A stretch of 64,000 nt of DNA from Phoronis australis. Its lineage: Eukaryota > Animalia > Phoronida. The translations under genes were made by a program, and so were the position numbers. The stretch covers positions 494,841 through 558,840 of the forward strand of contig NMRA01000104.1 of NCBI GenBank assembly GCA_002633005.1, read 5' to 3'. Under the pieces are notes generated by a model. It worked only from the letters and a program-made list of their open reading frames with translations. It searched no databases and was not told the origin of the DNA. Positions 40,863 to 53,563 of the stretch are shown here, one piece after another (position 1 is the stretch's first letter; every line of letters begins with the position of its first letter).

Positions 40863-43800
40863 TCATTTGTCCTTTTTATGTTCTGGTTCTCCAGATGCCT
40901 TACTGTGTGACCATCTTGGGTGGTTCTTATCAAAGATTTCCTTAGCACAATGTCGTGGGAACCAGCCACGGATGCGTTTAATACCTTTCTTCCTGTCAGC
41001 ATCCGCCAACACCTTCTCACCATACAACCAGCGTCTAGGAAAAATTTCAAATTAAAACAGAGACATGTAAACACAAAATTACATGCAATTGTCTTAAGGA
41101 GATAATGCAATGGAGCTGATACCAAGAGTTAAAATCGGGTATATTGATTTCCACTAAATATTGCTCATCTTTAACAAAAAAATGGTAACTGTCAGAAATA
41201 TCTATCACACATCATTCAAAGCAGATTATGACCGAAACGCAAAACTTAAATAAATATTGTAACTGTATATGTGGTAAGTTGTAGGCTAGTTGTCGTAAAG
41301 TATTCGAGCTGATAGCTCACACAGTTCCATGTTTTTGTACTATTAACAAAGTTGTATCCAAAAATATGCAAAACTAATTTACTTAATCACGATCGACTAT
41401 TTAGAAGTCGTCTCTTGGCAAATGAAGCAATGAAAGAGATGAATTTGAGAGAAGACTTCTAAATGAGACTTTCGAATCTCTTATTCAAAGGATTCTAAAT
41501 CTATCAAACGTATTAACAGAATGTTAACAAAAACTAAATCAAACAAAATAATGCTCTACAATGTTTATCATGCCGTAATAAAAAGTTTGACACAAGCTCG
41601 AAAACTGCTCACAAAGTCTACTAAATAGCCCAGCACAAACACTTCAACGGGTCAACCATGGGAAAAGATCTGTCACCTCAAACAACAGGATTAATGTTTT
41701 TAGAGATTGAGGATGTATCATACTCTAGTAGTGCAATATAGAAGGTGGCAGGACCAGTTTTGGATGAAATTGCCAAAGCAGAGTTTAGTACCCTAAGTTT
41801 ACAACAAATGTCTCATCTGTGCTTCAGGAGCACATTGACTTACTTGTTCCAGCGTGTCACCCAGACAATGTCACCAGCAGACAGTGTGATTCTGGGTTCA
41901 TCAGACCATGGAAAGCAGCAACATACACAAACACCATGACTGACAGGTAGCCACGCCCCACTATAAGGTCGCACTATACTGTGCTTTACTGTACGGTCCT
42001 TCTTCTCCTTCTTCTGTTTGATCTGCTCAACCTACAACAGCACAGACAAGGTGATTGCCTTACTTCACACACCTATTTTACTATATGATATGCTACAACA
42101 GTACAGACAAAAAGTACTGACATGTAGCCACGCCCCACTATAAGGTGACGCTCACTATGTTTTACAGTACACTTCTCTCTGTTCACAATGATTTGCTTAA
42201 CTTACAACAACACACCCACAGACACTATGACTGACAGGTAGACACGGCGTACTATATGACCACACTAACTGTACCTAACTCAATACCATTGTGCCTTTTC
42301 TTTGATTTGCTTAACCTGCAGTAACGTGCAGAGAAGGTGACTGACAGGTAATCAAACCTCCACTATGTGACCATACATGGCTACTTTTTCTATGGTTATA
42401 CTAAATTGGCGTTTGTTGTCTTGAATCTGTGCACCATCTGATGGTGTCATTGTTGGTTAATTGGAAAAGGTGCTGCAGTGGTTGACTGTGAGTGAGTGCT
42501 TTGTTGGTGAACCTGAACATTTCAGTGTCAATCAGTCACATCTAAGGCAATGTCAATAGCAAACATGTTGTACTAGCTCTAGACTAACAGATTCATGAGA
42601 CGGATTCAGCAGTTGATTGTGTCAGTGTTTCCCTGTGGACTCGGATGCAACAATGCTCTTTTCCCGTGAGCTAGAATCTGGCAAGTGAGGAATATGGAGC
42701 TAAGTGGGTCCCAACATGAGCTGTGTTTGATCTGTGTACCAATCATGGACAACACATAACCCAACAAAGGATGACCGCGGCACCACATATAGTGACAAAA
42801 TTTAATTTAGTTCTCAGTTATTTCATTACGCCTGTCAAACCTGTTTGACATTTTCCATGTTTAAATGCATCATTATATACTGCAATTTTATTATTCCTCA
42901 GCCGAATTAGTTGAGCGTTCCCATGTGATTTGCTTGACCTACAATAACACATGGTCACTGTGACAGACAGATAGCAACACCCTGTTATATTACTGTATAC
43001 CCCTCTTCCTTACATTTGATATGCTTAACCTACAACAACATAGACAGAATGACTGACAGGTAGCCACGCCAAACAATAAGGCCACACCAACTATACAGTG
43101 CCGTATACTACCAACTGTCTTTTATTTGATTTGCCTTAACCTACAGTTACAACAGTTTGCACTTGAGGTGACTATTTGGATACATCAGCTTACAAAAACT
43201 GTGGATGTCCAGTAAGGCTGTTCAATAAGTTCAACAGTAAGGGCACGTGACTGTTTTACTCTACAGCAATCACGCAACAGCAACGACAATAATCTCCATT
43301 TAAATGTAAACAAAATGGAAAACCTTAATTGAATGTGTATTAGAACTTAAAAATCAATAACTACATATAAACCTCTTGCCAGGGAAACAGTCAAATACAC
43401 CACTGTGATTATTGGCAGTGTTAAGCAACCGAAACGGATATTAAAGACAGACCACAACATTAACGTGCATAGCAGGCTAACAAAGTAACAAAAACAATTC
43501 AATTTTGAATTCTTAAATCTTGGGAAAAATGCGAAAGTACAGATTGATATCAAAGACTGTTTTAACAATGCCAGAGGTACAAGATAGCAAACAATAGATT
43601 GAACACAGTGCCAGCACCTTTAGTAAATGTTTAGCTTTCACAATGGATAGCATAAAGGCCTAGAAAATGGAAAAGATAACAGTATAAGTCATCAAACCAC
43701 GCATGGTGTACTGTAGCCTCCTGAATACTCAAAATGTTTGATTTTTACTACTCTCTAACATTGAAAGGCATGTTTAACAGTATACTACAAATAGCGTTTT

Positions 43801-46800
43801 TAAAATTTTTGTAATCAGGGATACAACATAGAAACTTTTGTTGTTTGGCCATAACAGTAACACACAACACATAACATGACTAACGTCAAGTGTTGAACAA
43901 AGACTTGCACGCAATATCAATTTCTGAATAAAAACTTTAATGCCTCAAGTCATATCACGACGAATCAAAAGAAAATAAGCATAAGCTAAATACAATACAT
44001 GGAATCAAATGAACTGACAAGAATATTAAGTAAATAGAATGTTCTGATGGAGAACTTACAGCAAGTGTGTATTGACAACAGTGTCCAGATGGAGTACTTA
44101 ACACTGAATGTGTACTGACAACAGTGTTCAGATGGAGTACTTAACACTGAATGTGTACTGACAACAGTGTCCAGATGGAGTACTTAACACTGAATGTGTA
44201 CTGACAACAGTGTCCAGATGGAGTACTTAACACTGAATGTGTACTGACAACAGTGTCCAGATGGAGTACTTAACACTGAATGTGTACTGACTACAGTGTA
44301 GTGATGGAGTACTTACACTGAACATGTATTGACAACAGTGTAGTGATGGAGTACTTATGGTGAGTGTGTATTGACTACAGTGTAGTGGTGGAGTACTTAC
44401 AGTGAGTGTGTTTTGACTACAGTGTAGTGGTGGAGTACTTACAGTGAGTGTGTTTTGACTACAGTGTAGTGATAGAGTACTTACACTGAGTGTGTATTGA
44501 CTACGGTGAAATGACAGAATACTTACACTGACTGTGTATTGAGTAGTGTCATGATGCGGTACTTAAGTTTAGTGACAGAGTACTTACAGTGAGTATCTAC
44601 TGACAAGAGTGTAGTAATGGAGTGCTTACATTGAATGTGTTCAAACTACAGTGCAGTGGAGTACTTACAATGAGTGTCTACTGACAACAGTGTAGTGATG
44701 GAGTGATTACACTGAATGTGTTCATACTATAGTGTAGTGATGGAGTACTTACAGTGAGTGTATACTGATTACATCCCTCCTTCACCTCCCACACTATGCC
44801 ATTAGACCTTGGAATGCCAGACCAGGTGAAGACCTCCTTCAGGTTACGCCACCAGCCCAAATGATACGGAAAAATGAAGTCAACATCTTCTTCCCCTTCT
44901 AACAGCTCTCGGTACTCAGCCTGCCAATACATGTGATTAGTATAACCCAATACATTTGACTGGTATGAGCCAATACACTTGACTGGTATGAGCCAATACA
45001 TTTGACTGATATGACCCAATACATTTGACTGGTATGAGCCAATACACTTGACTGGTATGAGCCAATACATTTGACTGATATGACCCAATACATTTGACTG
45101 GTATGAGCCAATACACTTGACTGGTATGAGCCAATACATTTGACTGATATGACCCAATACATTTGACTGGTATGAGCCAATACACTTGACTGGTATGAGC
45201 CAATACATTTGACTGATATGACCCAATACATTTGACTGGTATGAGCCAATACACTTGACTGGTATGAGCCAATACATTTGACTGATATGACCCAATACAT
45301 TTGACTGGTATGAGCCAATACACTTGACTGGTATGAGCCAATACATTTGACTGATATGACCCAATACATTTGACTGGTATGAGCCAATACACTTGACTGG
45401 TATGAGCCAATACATTTGACTGATATGACCCAATACATTTGACTGGTATGAGCCAATACACTTGACTGGTATGAGCCAATACATTTGACTGATATGACCC
45501 AATACATTTGACTGGTATGAGCCAATACACTTGACTGGTATGAGCCAATACATTTGACTGATATGACCCAATACATTTGACTGGTATGAGCCAATACACT
45601 TGACTGGTATGAGCCAATACATTTGACTGATATGACCCAATACATTTGACTGGTATGAGCCAATACACTTGACTGGTATGAGCCAATACATTTGACTGAT
45701 ATGAGCCAATACATTTGACTGGTATGAGCCAATACACTTGACTGGTATGAGCCAATACATTTGACTGATATGAGCCAATACACTTGACTGGTATGAGCCA
45801 ATACATTTGACTGATATGAGCCAATACACTTGACTGGTATGAGCCAATACACTTGACTGGTATGAGCCAATACATTTGACTGGTATGAGCCAATACACTT
45901 GACTGGTATGAGCCAATACATTTGACTGATATGAGCCAATACATTTGACTGGTATGAGCCAATACATTTGACTGATATGAGCCAATACATTTGACTGGTA
46001 TGAGCCAATACACTTGACTGGTATGAGCCAATACACTTGACTGATATGAGCCAATACATTTGACTGGTATGAGCCAATACACTTGACTGATATGAGCCAA
46101 TACATTTGACTGGTATGAGCCAATACACTTGACTGATATGAGCCAATACGTTTGACTGATATGAGCCAATATATTTGACTGGTATGAGCCAATACACTTG
46201 ACTGGTATGAGCCGAGACATTCTACTATTATGACCCAATACATTCAACTGGTATGAGCCAATACATTCAGGACTAAGAGTCAATATGAAACTGGTAAGCA
46301 GGATGGCTCAGTCCATAATCAATGGGACAAAAATAATATGCATGCAAAAATATACAAGGAAAATAATCAGAGATTACTTTCAAACTGGTATTTGTACCTT
46401 ATCTTTGATCCATGTTTCTATGCCAGTCTCATTTATCATAATAGTTTTGATCTGAAAATAAAACAGAATAATAGCAATACTGTGGCAAACATTTAATATT
46501 AGAGGCAATATCAACTTGAAATTAATTTCATTTGAACAAACAGAAAACGTGAATTGTAAAAGTTAATGAAATACTTTAGAAAGAATGAACAGGTAAATGC
46601 TTGCATCTAACGAAATTCCAGCATAATGACACAAGACATGGACAGCACAGCACTGAAAAAAGTGCCCCCCTATGGTTCACCGCCCATAGACCATGGGCAG
46701 TGCAGCCCAGAAAAAAGTTGGTGGCCTATAGCCCCCAACCCCCTATGGTCACCGCCCAAGTAAGAGCAGGTATTTCATTTCGTGAATATAAAGATACATA

Positions 46801-48562
46801 CTTGTATAAAAAATAGAATTCCTACAGCAACAGTCACACCTAGAGCCAAACCAACGGCAAAGAAGCAACATATAAGACCTTTCAGCGAAAGCACTATCAT
46901 TGGCTTATCATACATCTCATTTATAAGGTAATGACCCTGCAAGAAATAACCAAAGAAAACAATTACCAAATGCCTTCCAGAACAAACAGACATCAAAAAC
47001 AAAATGTTGCTGAGCTGCAGCCATAAAAGACTATCAACCTTGCTTTGGGGATACTCTATAAATTACACTATTTGTACAGTTGATTTGTTGATTGAATTTT
47101 ATTTTGCCATAATTATGGACATAGAGACAAAAGGAAAGAACTATTTAAGACAAAAATTCACAAAATTAGTACAGACAAAAAACATGGCTAGGATTACACT
47201 AGCTCATTTTCACTGTGGCCTAAAAACTTTACTAAGACTTTACAGGTTATCTTTGAAAGATGTGCAGACTACAGTTGTAAGGAACATTCAACTTAAACGA
47301 ATCAGAGACTTTTAAACATTATCCCAGTCAAAGATAAAGTAGATCAAATACTAACAATGACAAATGTAGACTAATGTAATATGGTATAAAGCAACTTACC
47401 CTCCAAATAGTGTGGTATAAAGACATAACTAGAATGACAATGGCATGCATACAGCCAATAGGAGCAAAGAAGAGAAAGTAGGTAAACTTGGCATGGTTCA
47501 GGTGCCCAACGCAGGTGTTGATCCATGGACAGTGGTGGTCCATCTTCATCACACACCTACAAGTACAAACAGCTTGATAGTTAGCAATTTCTTCATGCAA
47601 ACTGTAGTCCATTATTTACTATTTTCTTCCTACTCACAATGTTCACAGTGCCCGAGTCGAAAGTGTCAAATAAATGTAACAAGAGAGCAGAATAATTTGT
47701 TAAGAAGTAGCAAAGCCAGTCACCTTTTGCACTTTCGACAGTGATGCGCTCGAGGAGCCTTGTAGCCTTCACACATGCGACAGTATTGCAGGTATTGAAT
47801 GTCTTCCATTTTGGGCTTCAAATGAAAATGTGACAAATCAAGTACTAACTTACTATTCATACACAATTCTAGGGTACAAAAACTAAGTTTCGTTTAAATT
47901 ATATCCAAGACAGTTTACAAAATATGTTAGATTAGCTTTTGAATGTAGAACTGTCTCCCTGCATCCTTCATGTACTCCTTAGTTGCTGGGAATAACATCA
48001 AATGTGACTAATAAAACCAACTAGGTTGGGTAATTGTAAAATGTACTACCGGTAGTCAATAAATCAATATAATATCACTACAGTCAGTTTTTGTAACATT
48101 CAAGCTCAGTAACAATAACTATAAAATAAGGCCAGATACAAAAAGATACATATCAGAACCCTTTTAGGATGTCGAGGCACTAGAACACATTCCTAACATA
48201 ATTAATTACTTTCAGTTTTAGTCACTTTTTAGTATTTGATAAGATAATCAATATAAAATGTGAATTCATACCGGTTCCCAGCCAAGAAACACAAAACCTG
48301 GTCCGACCAGCATAGCCATGACATGGTTATAGAGGACCAAGAAGACCCACATACAGAAGACAAGCAAATTAATAAGTCCTCCCCATGTAGAGATGGGCCA
48401 GTACATGAGGGTACACATCAGTGTACAAGAGGAGATCCAGAAGATTACACCTTGTGCTAACAGGGGGCCCCAGTGTAGAATGCGCCAAACACCTCCCTTG
48501 CTAGAACTAGTCAATAATGACTGGTCCTTAGAAGCACTTGTCACTTGTCCATTGGCAGACAT
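40863..48562 (-). CDS. ZDHHC6: Palmitoyltransferase ZDHHC6 (DHHC + C-terminal SH3_2), ~418 aa; exons 48562-48272, 47815-47724, 47556-47400, 46936-46802, 46451-46398, 44920-44753, 42031-41844, 41034-40863
   Basis: [84 protein letters not shown] and a C-terminal KKDK ER-retrieval motif. All junctions are GT-AG and phase-consistent (1257 nt). Confidence 0.96.
42034..43150 (-). repeat. About 5 degenerate ~110-bp copies of the ZDHHC6 intron-6 acceptor plus the start of exon 7
   Basis: Exonic TGACTGACAGGTAGCCACGCC (41937) and junction TTTGATCTGCTCAACCTACAACA (42017) recur in intronic copies near 42117-42210, 42228-42320, 42338, 42927-42975, 43015-43070 and 43125-43146. Confidence 0.85.
44040..44770 (-). 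repeat. 43-bp minisatellite (~17 units) containing the exon 6 3' end and the 5' splice site
   Basis: Unit ~GATGGAGTACTTACAGTGAGTGTGTATTGACTACAGTGTAGT with period 43 (44085, 44128, 44171). The terminal unit is the real junction CTCACT|gtaagt at 44753/44752. Confidence 0.93.
44923..46270 (-). repeat. 22-bp minisatellite (~60 units; 66-bp higher-order repeat over ~44945-45700) abutting the exon 6 acceptor
   Basis: Unit GAGCCAATACAYTTGACTGRTAT with three variants cycling regularly, then irregularly. It fills most of intron 5. Confidence 0.98.
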
Positions 48563-49299
48563 GTTGGACTGTCACATAATCTTGGGACCACTCTAGAATG
48601 GAAAGTAAATTTTGTTTCATTATATAACCTTATACTGTCTGCCTTGAGACTTGAAAACTTGCAATTCTGCTTGTATTTCAACAGACAGGATAGCATTAGC
48701 TGATTAGTTCCTAGACACTGTACAACTTATCCAAGAACTTTAAATATGCCACATTGTTGCATAGGCGGCCTGAACAATGTACAACAACTGAGACCAAACA
48801 TGTAAGCTTAAAAAATTAGACAATGGCGCATATACAACGTCACAAGGGCACTACAGTTTTCAAGACACTTTGTGAAATTCATTCCCCCAATTGGGATAAT
48901 ACCTCCATATCTGGAGAAAATTTTTCTCCCAACTGAGAAAATTCACATGATCAGGGATAATTCTTTGAGAAATTGGCTCTCAGCTGTTGAAGTCTTTAAC
49001 TCTTCCCAGCGCAAACAAATTCTCCCATGCTCAAACTTTTTTCGAACAGTCTTTCGTTCAGTTGCCCAAGTCACATCCCTGGCGAGAGCTGTGTTAAAAT
49101 GGCAAGTTGCCGATTTGGGAATATGGAGCCATTAGAGCAGAGGGCCTATGGCTATGCTATGCCTGGACCCTGACTTTTCGTTCTTTACTTAGTCCTGGGG
49201 CCATTTGAGACGGTGGTAGTGCATGAATAGAAATTAAACGTAAAGTTACGACACGGTTCACATTAAATTGGGCAATTAAGCAATTTTGATATTCAGTAA

Positions 49300-49600
49300 C
49301 ACAAACACACGATAAGCACCACAGCAACTCACAAACTAGTCGGTAATCCAACACTCTCAAACAATCTCTCAGATGTCCTTTACCGGAAGCGGAAACAGCA
49401 GCGCGGAGAAAACAAATTCGACTGTGATGTTGCCTGTTGCGTGTTAGAGTGTTGAAAGGGTCTTCGTCTGAACTGGTACCACATCCCTGTCGTTATTTTT
49501 CGTATTTTTTTCGTATCAAATCTCAAGATTACGTTGACAGTTCCAGAATATAGCGTCCGTGATTTTGAGAACCAGGTAACCATCTGCCGCTCTGGTCCAG
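49300..49600. promoter_or_regulatory. Probable bidirectional promoter / first non-coding exons of ZDHHC6 and ANAPC16
   Basis: Locally CpG-rich patch between divergent genes. ETS-like CCGGAAGCGGAAA at 49383. + strand donor CAG|gtaacc near 49575 and possible - strand donor near 49383. Confidence 0.55.
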
Positions 49601-50317
49601 GGCATATCACTGGCACGTCCTAGCCTAGGTACGGTTTTCTGGTTTCTGTTGATTCAAACGGTTACCAAATTACCCCTAGTATGGCTGGCCCCACGAGAGC
49701 GGTGTGCCCTTAAGTGTATGTGAAACCGTCTCTCTAAAGTCTAAATTAGGCAATTCGACCAGTAAGAGGCAATTGCAGTGAATTACACTTATACATTTTG
49801 AGTTATAAGTGGAAAGTCACCTTGGGCTTGTTCTTAGTTTTGAGGCTTTGAGCCAGAAACCTCACAATCTCTCTTCAAGGCCAGGTGTCTGGCTTCATGG
49901 CCAAATAAGAATTGTTTGCATTGTGAACAATCGGTCAACTTGCTGACCCACTCTCGGAAGCACTGTTTTGAGTAGGTGGCAGGGCCTTATAGATGTTTTA
50001 GTTTGTAACAGAAAACTAATAGTCGGAAAGGTGGGTCCCTAATATAATATTGATTTGATAACCAATTAGTATCTCTGAATAACAGTCATGGGAGTAACTG
50101 GTTCCCAAATCAGGGACCCATGTATCTGACTCAGTAGTAACCTATCACTGTAAGATACGTAACTGTTATGAAACAGAGTTTTTGAGACTGCAACACCTGT
50201 GTATTTTGTTTTTTTTTTGTTTTTTAGTCAGCTAAACAACTTAAAATGCAGATATAGCCATTATAAAATGCAGATATAACCATTATATTTTTTGTTCTTT
50301 TCCTGAAGAAGAAACAG

Positions 50318-53300
50318 ATGGGAGACGAGACAAGAAAGGCTCTGTTCCAGTCTCCCACCTCATCGACTGGCAAAGACAAAGCTACAGGTAGTAAATGGGA
50401 CAGGTGAACATGCAGGGCTCAACCTATGCAAGTGAATGCTTAACAATGTGAGAGGAATACTAAAATTCGTCGAATAGAAAATTGACCTCACAGGTACAGG
50501 TGGCGAGGGGATGTCCAGCACTTTTTTTTCTTTCTGGTTGCCAGCCCAAATCCGAAACTATAAGTGACTAAAGTGCTGTCACTTACCTATGTCGATTGCT
50601 GACTTGTTTTAAAAGTGGAAGTCTGAATGCCAAAGGGTTGCAGGGTTTGCCTCTAAACCATTTACTACACAAGATTCAGATATCTTAAAAATGTGCCTTT
50701 TGTACGGGATGCCATGGGTGTATGTGTTGGATGTTAATCCAGCACATAGTAAATTACCGTACCTACAATATGGAGGTGTATATTTAATTGTAATAAAACA
50801 ATTCACTACTTGAATATGTACAGTGGCACTCCATAATCTTTTGTAACGCGGTTGCTATTGACCAGTTCAAAGTTATGAAAAATGGTGAAGATGACTGCCC
50901 ATTTCTCTAGTTATCCTACGTCTCCTCATAACGGAATTGTCGTGAGGACTTGACAGGGACCTCAGGGGTGTCACGCTCCACTGGCTTATCTACACTATTT
51001 TGAAAAGGCTTTGCGCAGTCACACATTGTGCGTCATAAAAGAGATAATGATACCTGTAGCTGACGCAGCAAATAGAACTACTCTCGTTTATCACATTGGT
51101 GTAGACTCACAGTAGAATTGTGGTGTTCTGTTGAGCCCAGACCATCCGGAGTTGCACCATATACCAACTCCGGACGGTCGCTCNTCATCGACTGGCAAAG
51201 ACAAAGCTACAGGTAGTAAATGGGACAGGTGAACATGCAGGGCTCGACGTATGCAAGTGAATGTTTAAAAATGTGAGAGGAATACTAAAATTCGTCGAAT
51301 ATAAAATTGACCTCACAGGTACAGGCGGCGAGGGGATGTCCAGCACTTTTTTTCTTTCTGGTTGCCAGCCCAAATCCGAAACTACAAGTGACTAAAGTGC
51401 TGTCACTCACCTATATGTCAATTGCTGACTTGTTTTAAAAGTGGAAGTCTGAATGCCAAAGGGTTGCAGGGTTTGCCTCTAAACCATTTACTACACACGA
51501 TTCAGATATCTTAAAAATGTGCCTTTTGTACGGGATGCCATGGGTGTATGTGTTGGATGTTAATCCAGCACATAGTAAATTACCGTACCTACAATATGGA
51601 GGTGTATATTTAATTGTAATAAAACAATTCACTACTTGAATATGTACAGTGGCACTCCATAATCTTTTGTAACGCGGTTGCTATTGACCAGTTCAAAGTT
51701 ATGAAAAATGGTGAAGATGACTGCCCATTTCTCTAGTTATCCTACGTCTCCTCATAACGGAATTGTCGTGAGGACTTGACAGGGACCTCAGGGGTGTCAC
51801 GCTCCACTGGCTTATCTACACTATTTTGAAAAGGCTTTGCGCAGTCACACATTGTGCGTCATAAAAGAGATAATGATACCTGTAGCTGACGCAGCAAATA
51901 GAACTACTCTCGTTTATCACATTGGTGTAGACTCACAGTAGAATTGTGGTGTTCTGTTGAGCCCAGACCATCCGGAGTTGCACCATATACCAACTCCGGA
52001 CGGTCGCTCACGACGATTTAGCGTTATGTGTTGTATCACTGGACCTCTCCATTAGTCATGATTTGAAAATCAAGCAACCCTCTCTACCTTTTCATGTATT
52101 AAGACAAATTAAAATTTAGGTTCATAGAAAACTGTTAATACAAAACCAGTCAGGTTGCAGTGGTTATCAGTGTTGTCTATATGTGTCAATGAAGTGCTGT
52201 ATGATAGTCAAAGTATAGTGCTAAAGATAGAAGTATGACTTGGTTACAGATTCTGCCCTCAAGTCTTACCAGATTGAGTTAGATATGGACAGGTGCCGAG
52301 ACCATGCTGTTAAGGGTAAATACCAATTTTTTTTCAGATGTTAATTAAATTTTAGTTTGTAATGTTTATTTTGATATTTTACCAATTAGCCTGTGGCTAT
52401 CATTTAATTGATTTTAAATTGAATTATGATGGCAGACCACGTCTTGGCAAACAAATTACACTGCCATTACTGTTGAAAGAAGATGACAAGTTCTAATAGG
52501 CATCTCTTAGTGATTGAAAAAACTCTTGAAAAATGCTTTTCATGGCCGGCTTACTTCTCAAAATGGCGGGCGCTCTTGAGCTCATAAAGAGGCGATAAAC
52601 CAAGATGTGAATCTTTTACTTAGACCACCTACCGCTATGAAAGAGGTTCCTCCTTGTGATTTCTGTAATTCGTAGAGTTCAAGCTCTGTATATAAAATAA
52701 CAGTTTGTAGTGCCTGATCTCTTGCAATAACCAACTGTCAGATCTTTCAAAGCTCTGAAATCCACTGCAGTTTGACTCAGGAATAATTTGAGATCAATTT
52801 ATAGCAGCAAGTTGTCAAAATCAAAAAAATGTTATTGCGATGGACGGTGACTCTGTAGGTGCTTAAATAAAGGAAGAGCAACGCATTGCGCTATGCAGAA
52901 GCTCACAAGCTTGTTAACAGTCTCAGGAGGAATTTAGCACAACCTAAGGAAAAACGTCTGTGTGGTGATGTCAGTGGAGTGGTCTAGATCTTATTTTGAT
53001 TAATGGATATGAATGAGAAGACTCTTACTAGGATGAGGTGAAACAAGTGCTCTGAAAGTGCATGTAACAGTTTATCAAGGTGTGTTTGAACACCATAGTT
53101 ACACGGGAAACTCATTTGAGATAGCGGACATGAGGATGCTAGACAGAGGGAATGTTCTTGGTTTAAGCGGTGTTTCTGAGAAGCTGTGTGTGTAAAAGCC
53201 TAAAGTCCTCCTTATATAAACATGGCAATCAAAGTATCAGATTTAAGTTGTCTGACTTCTGACCCAGGGCCCTGGAGTTGTTGTTAGGACCACCAGAAGG

Positions 53301-53563
53301 CAATGCAAGTTTTGCTGTAGTCAGTCATTAATTTGGGAGAAATATTATAGTGAGTGTGGAGAAGTTTTGATTCATAATTTGCTCATTAAGCACTTCACCT
53401 GGATGAATGGTAATGTACATTATCTAATTTAACGTATACTATTATTTATTTTGCAGAGCAACATGAACATAGACTGAAGCAACTTAAACAGACATTAAAA
53501 ACAATATCTGAAGACAACTGGAGATACCGTCCGGTGGACACGTTGATAGGACTGCAGCAATGA
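50318..53563 (+). CDS. ANAPC16: Anaphase-promoting complex subunit 16, 80 aa; exons 50318-50387, 52250-52315, 53457-53563
   Basis: Spliced product MGDETRKALFQSPTSSTGKDKATDSALKSYQIELDMDRCRDHAVKEQHEHRLKQLKQTLKTISEDNWRYRPVDTLIGLQQ. RKALF, SYQ and D.WR..P...L.G match APC16 as recalled. Both introns are phase 1 GT-AG; AATAAA at 53757. Confidence 0.88.
50360..52009. other. ~825-bp direct duplication (50360-51183 / 51185-52009) around a single n; probable unmerged contig or haplotype overlap
   Basis: Copies are near-identical with a few substitutions and small indels, joined exactly at n51184. Confidence 0.85.

Noticed and set aside
44678-46283. Three 430-520 aa repetitive ORFs as a novel repeat protein or CRISPR-like array
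   Set aside because: They are by-products of a stop-free 22-bp intronic minisatellite. There are no unique spacers and the context is eukaryotic. Only 44920-44753 is a real exon.
50360-52009. Biological tandem duplication of part of ANAPC16
   Set aside because: The copies join exactly at a single n and differ like alleles, which is typical of an unmerged overlap.
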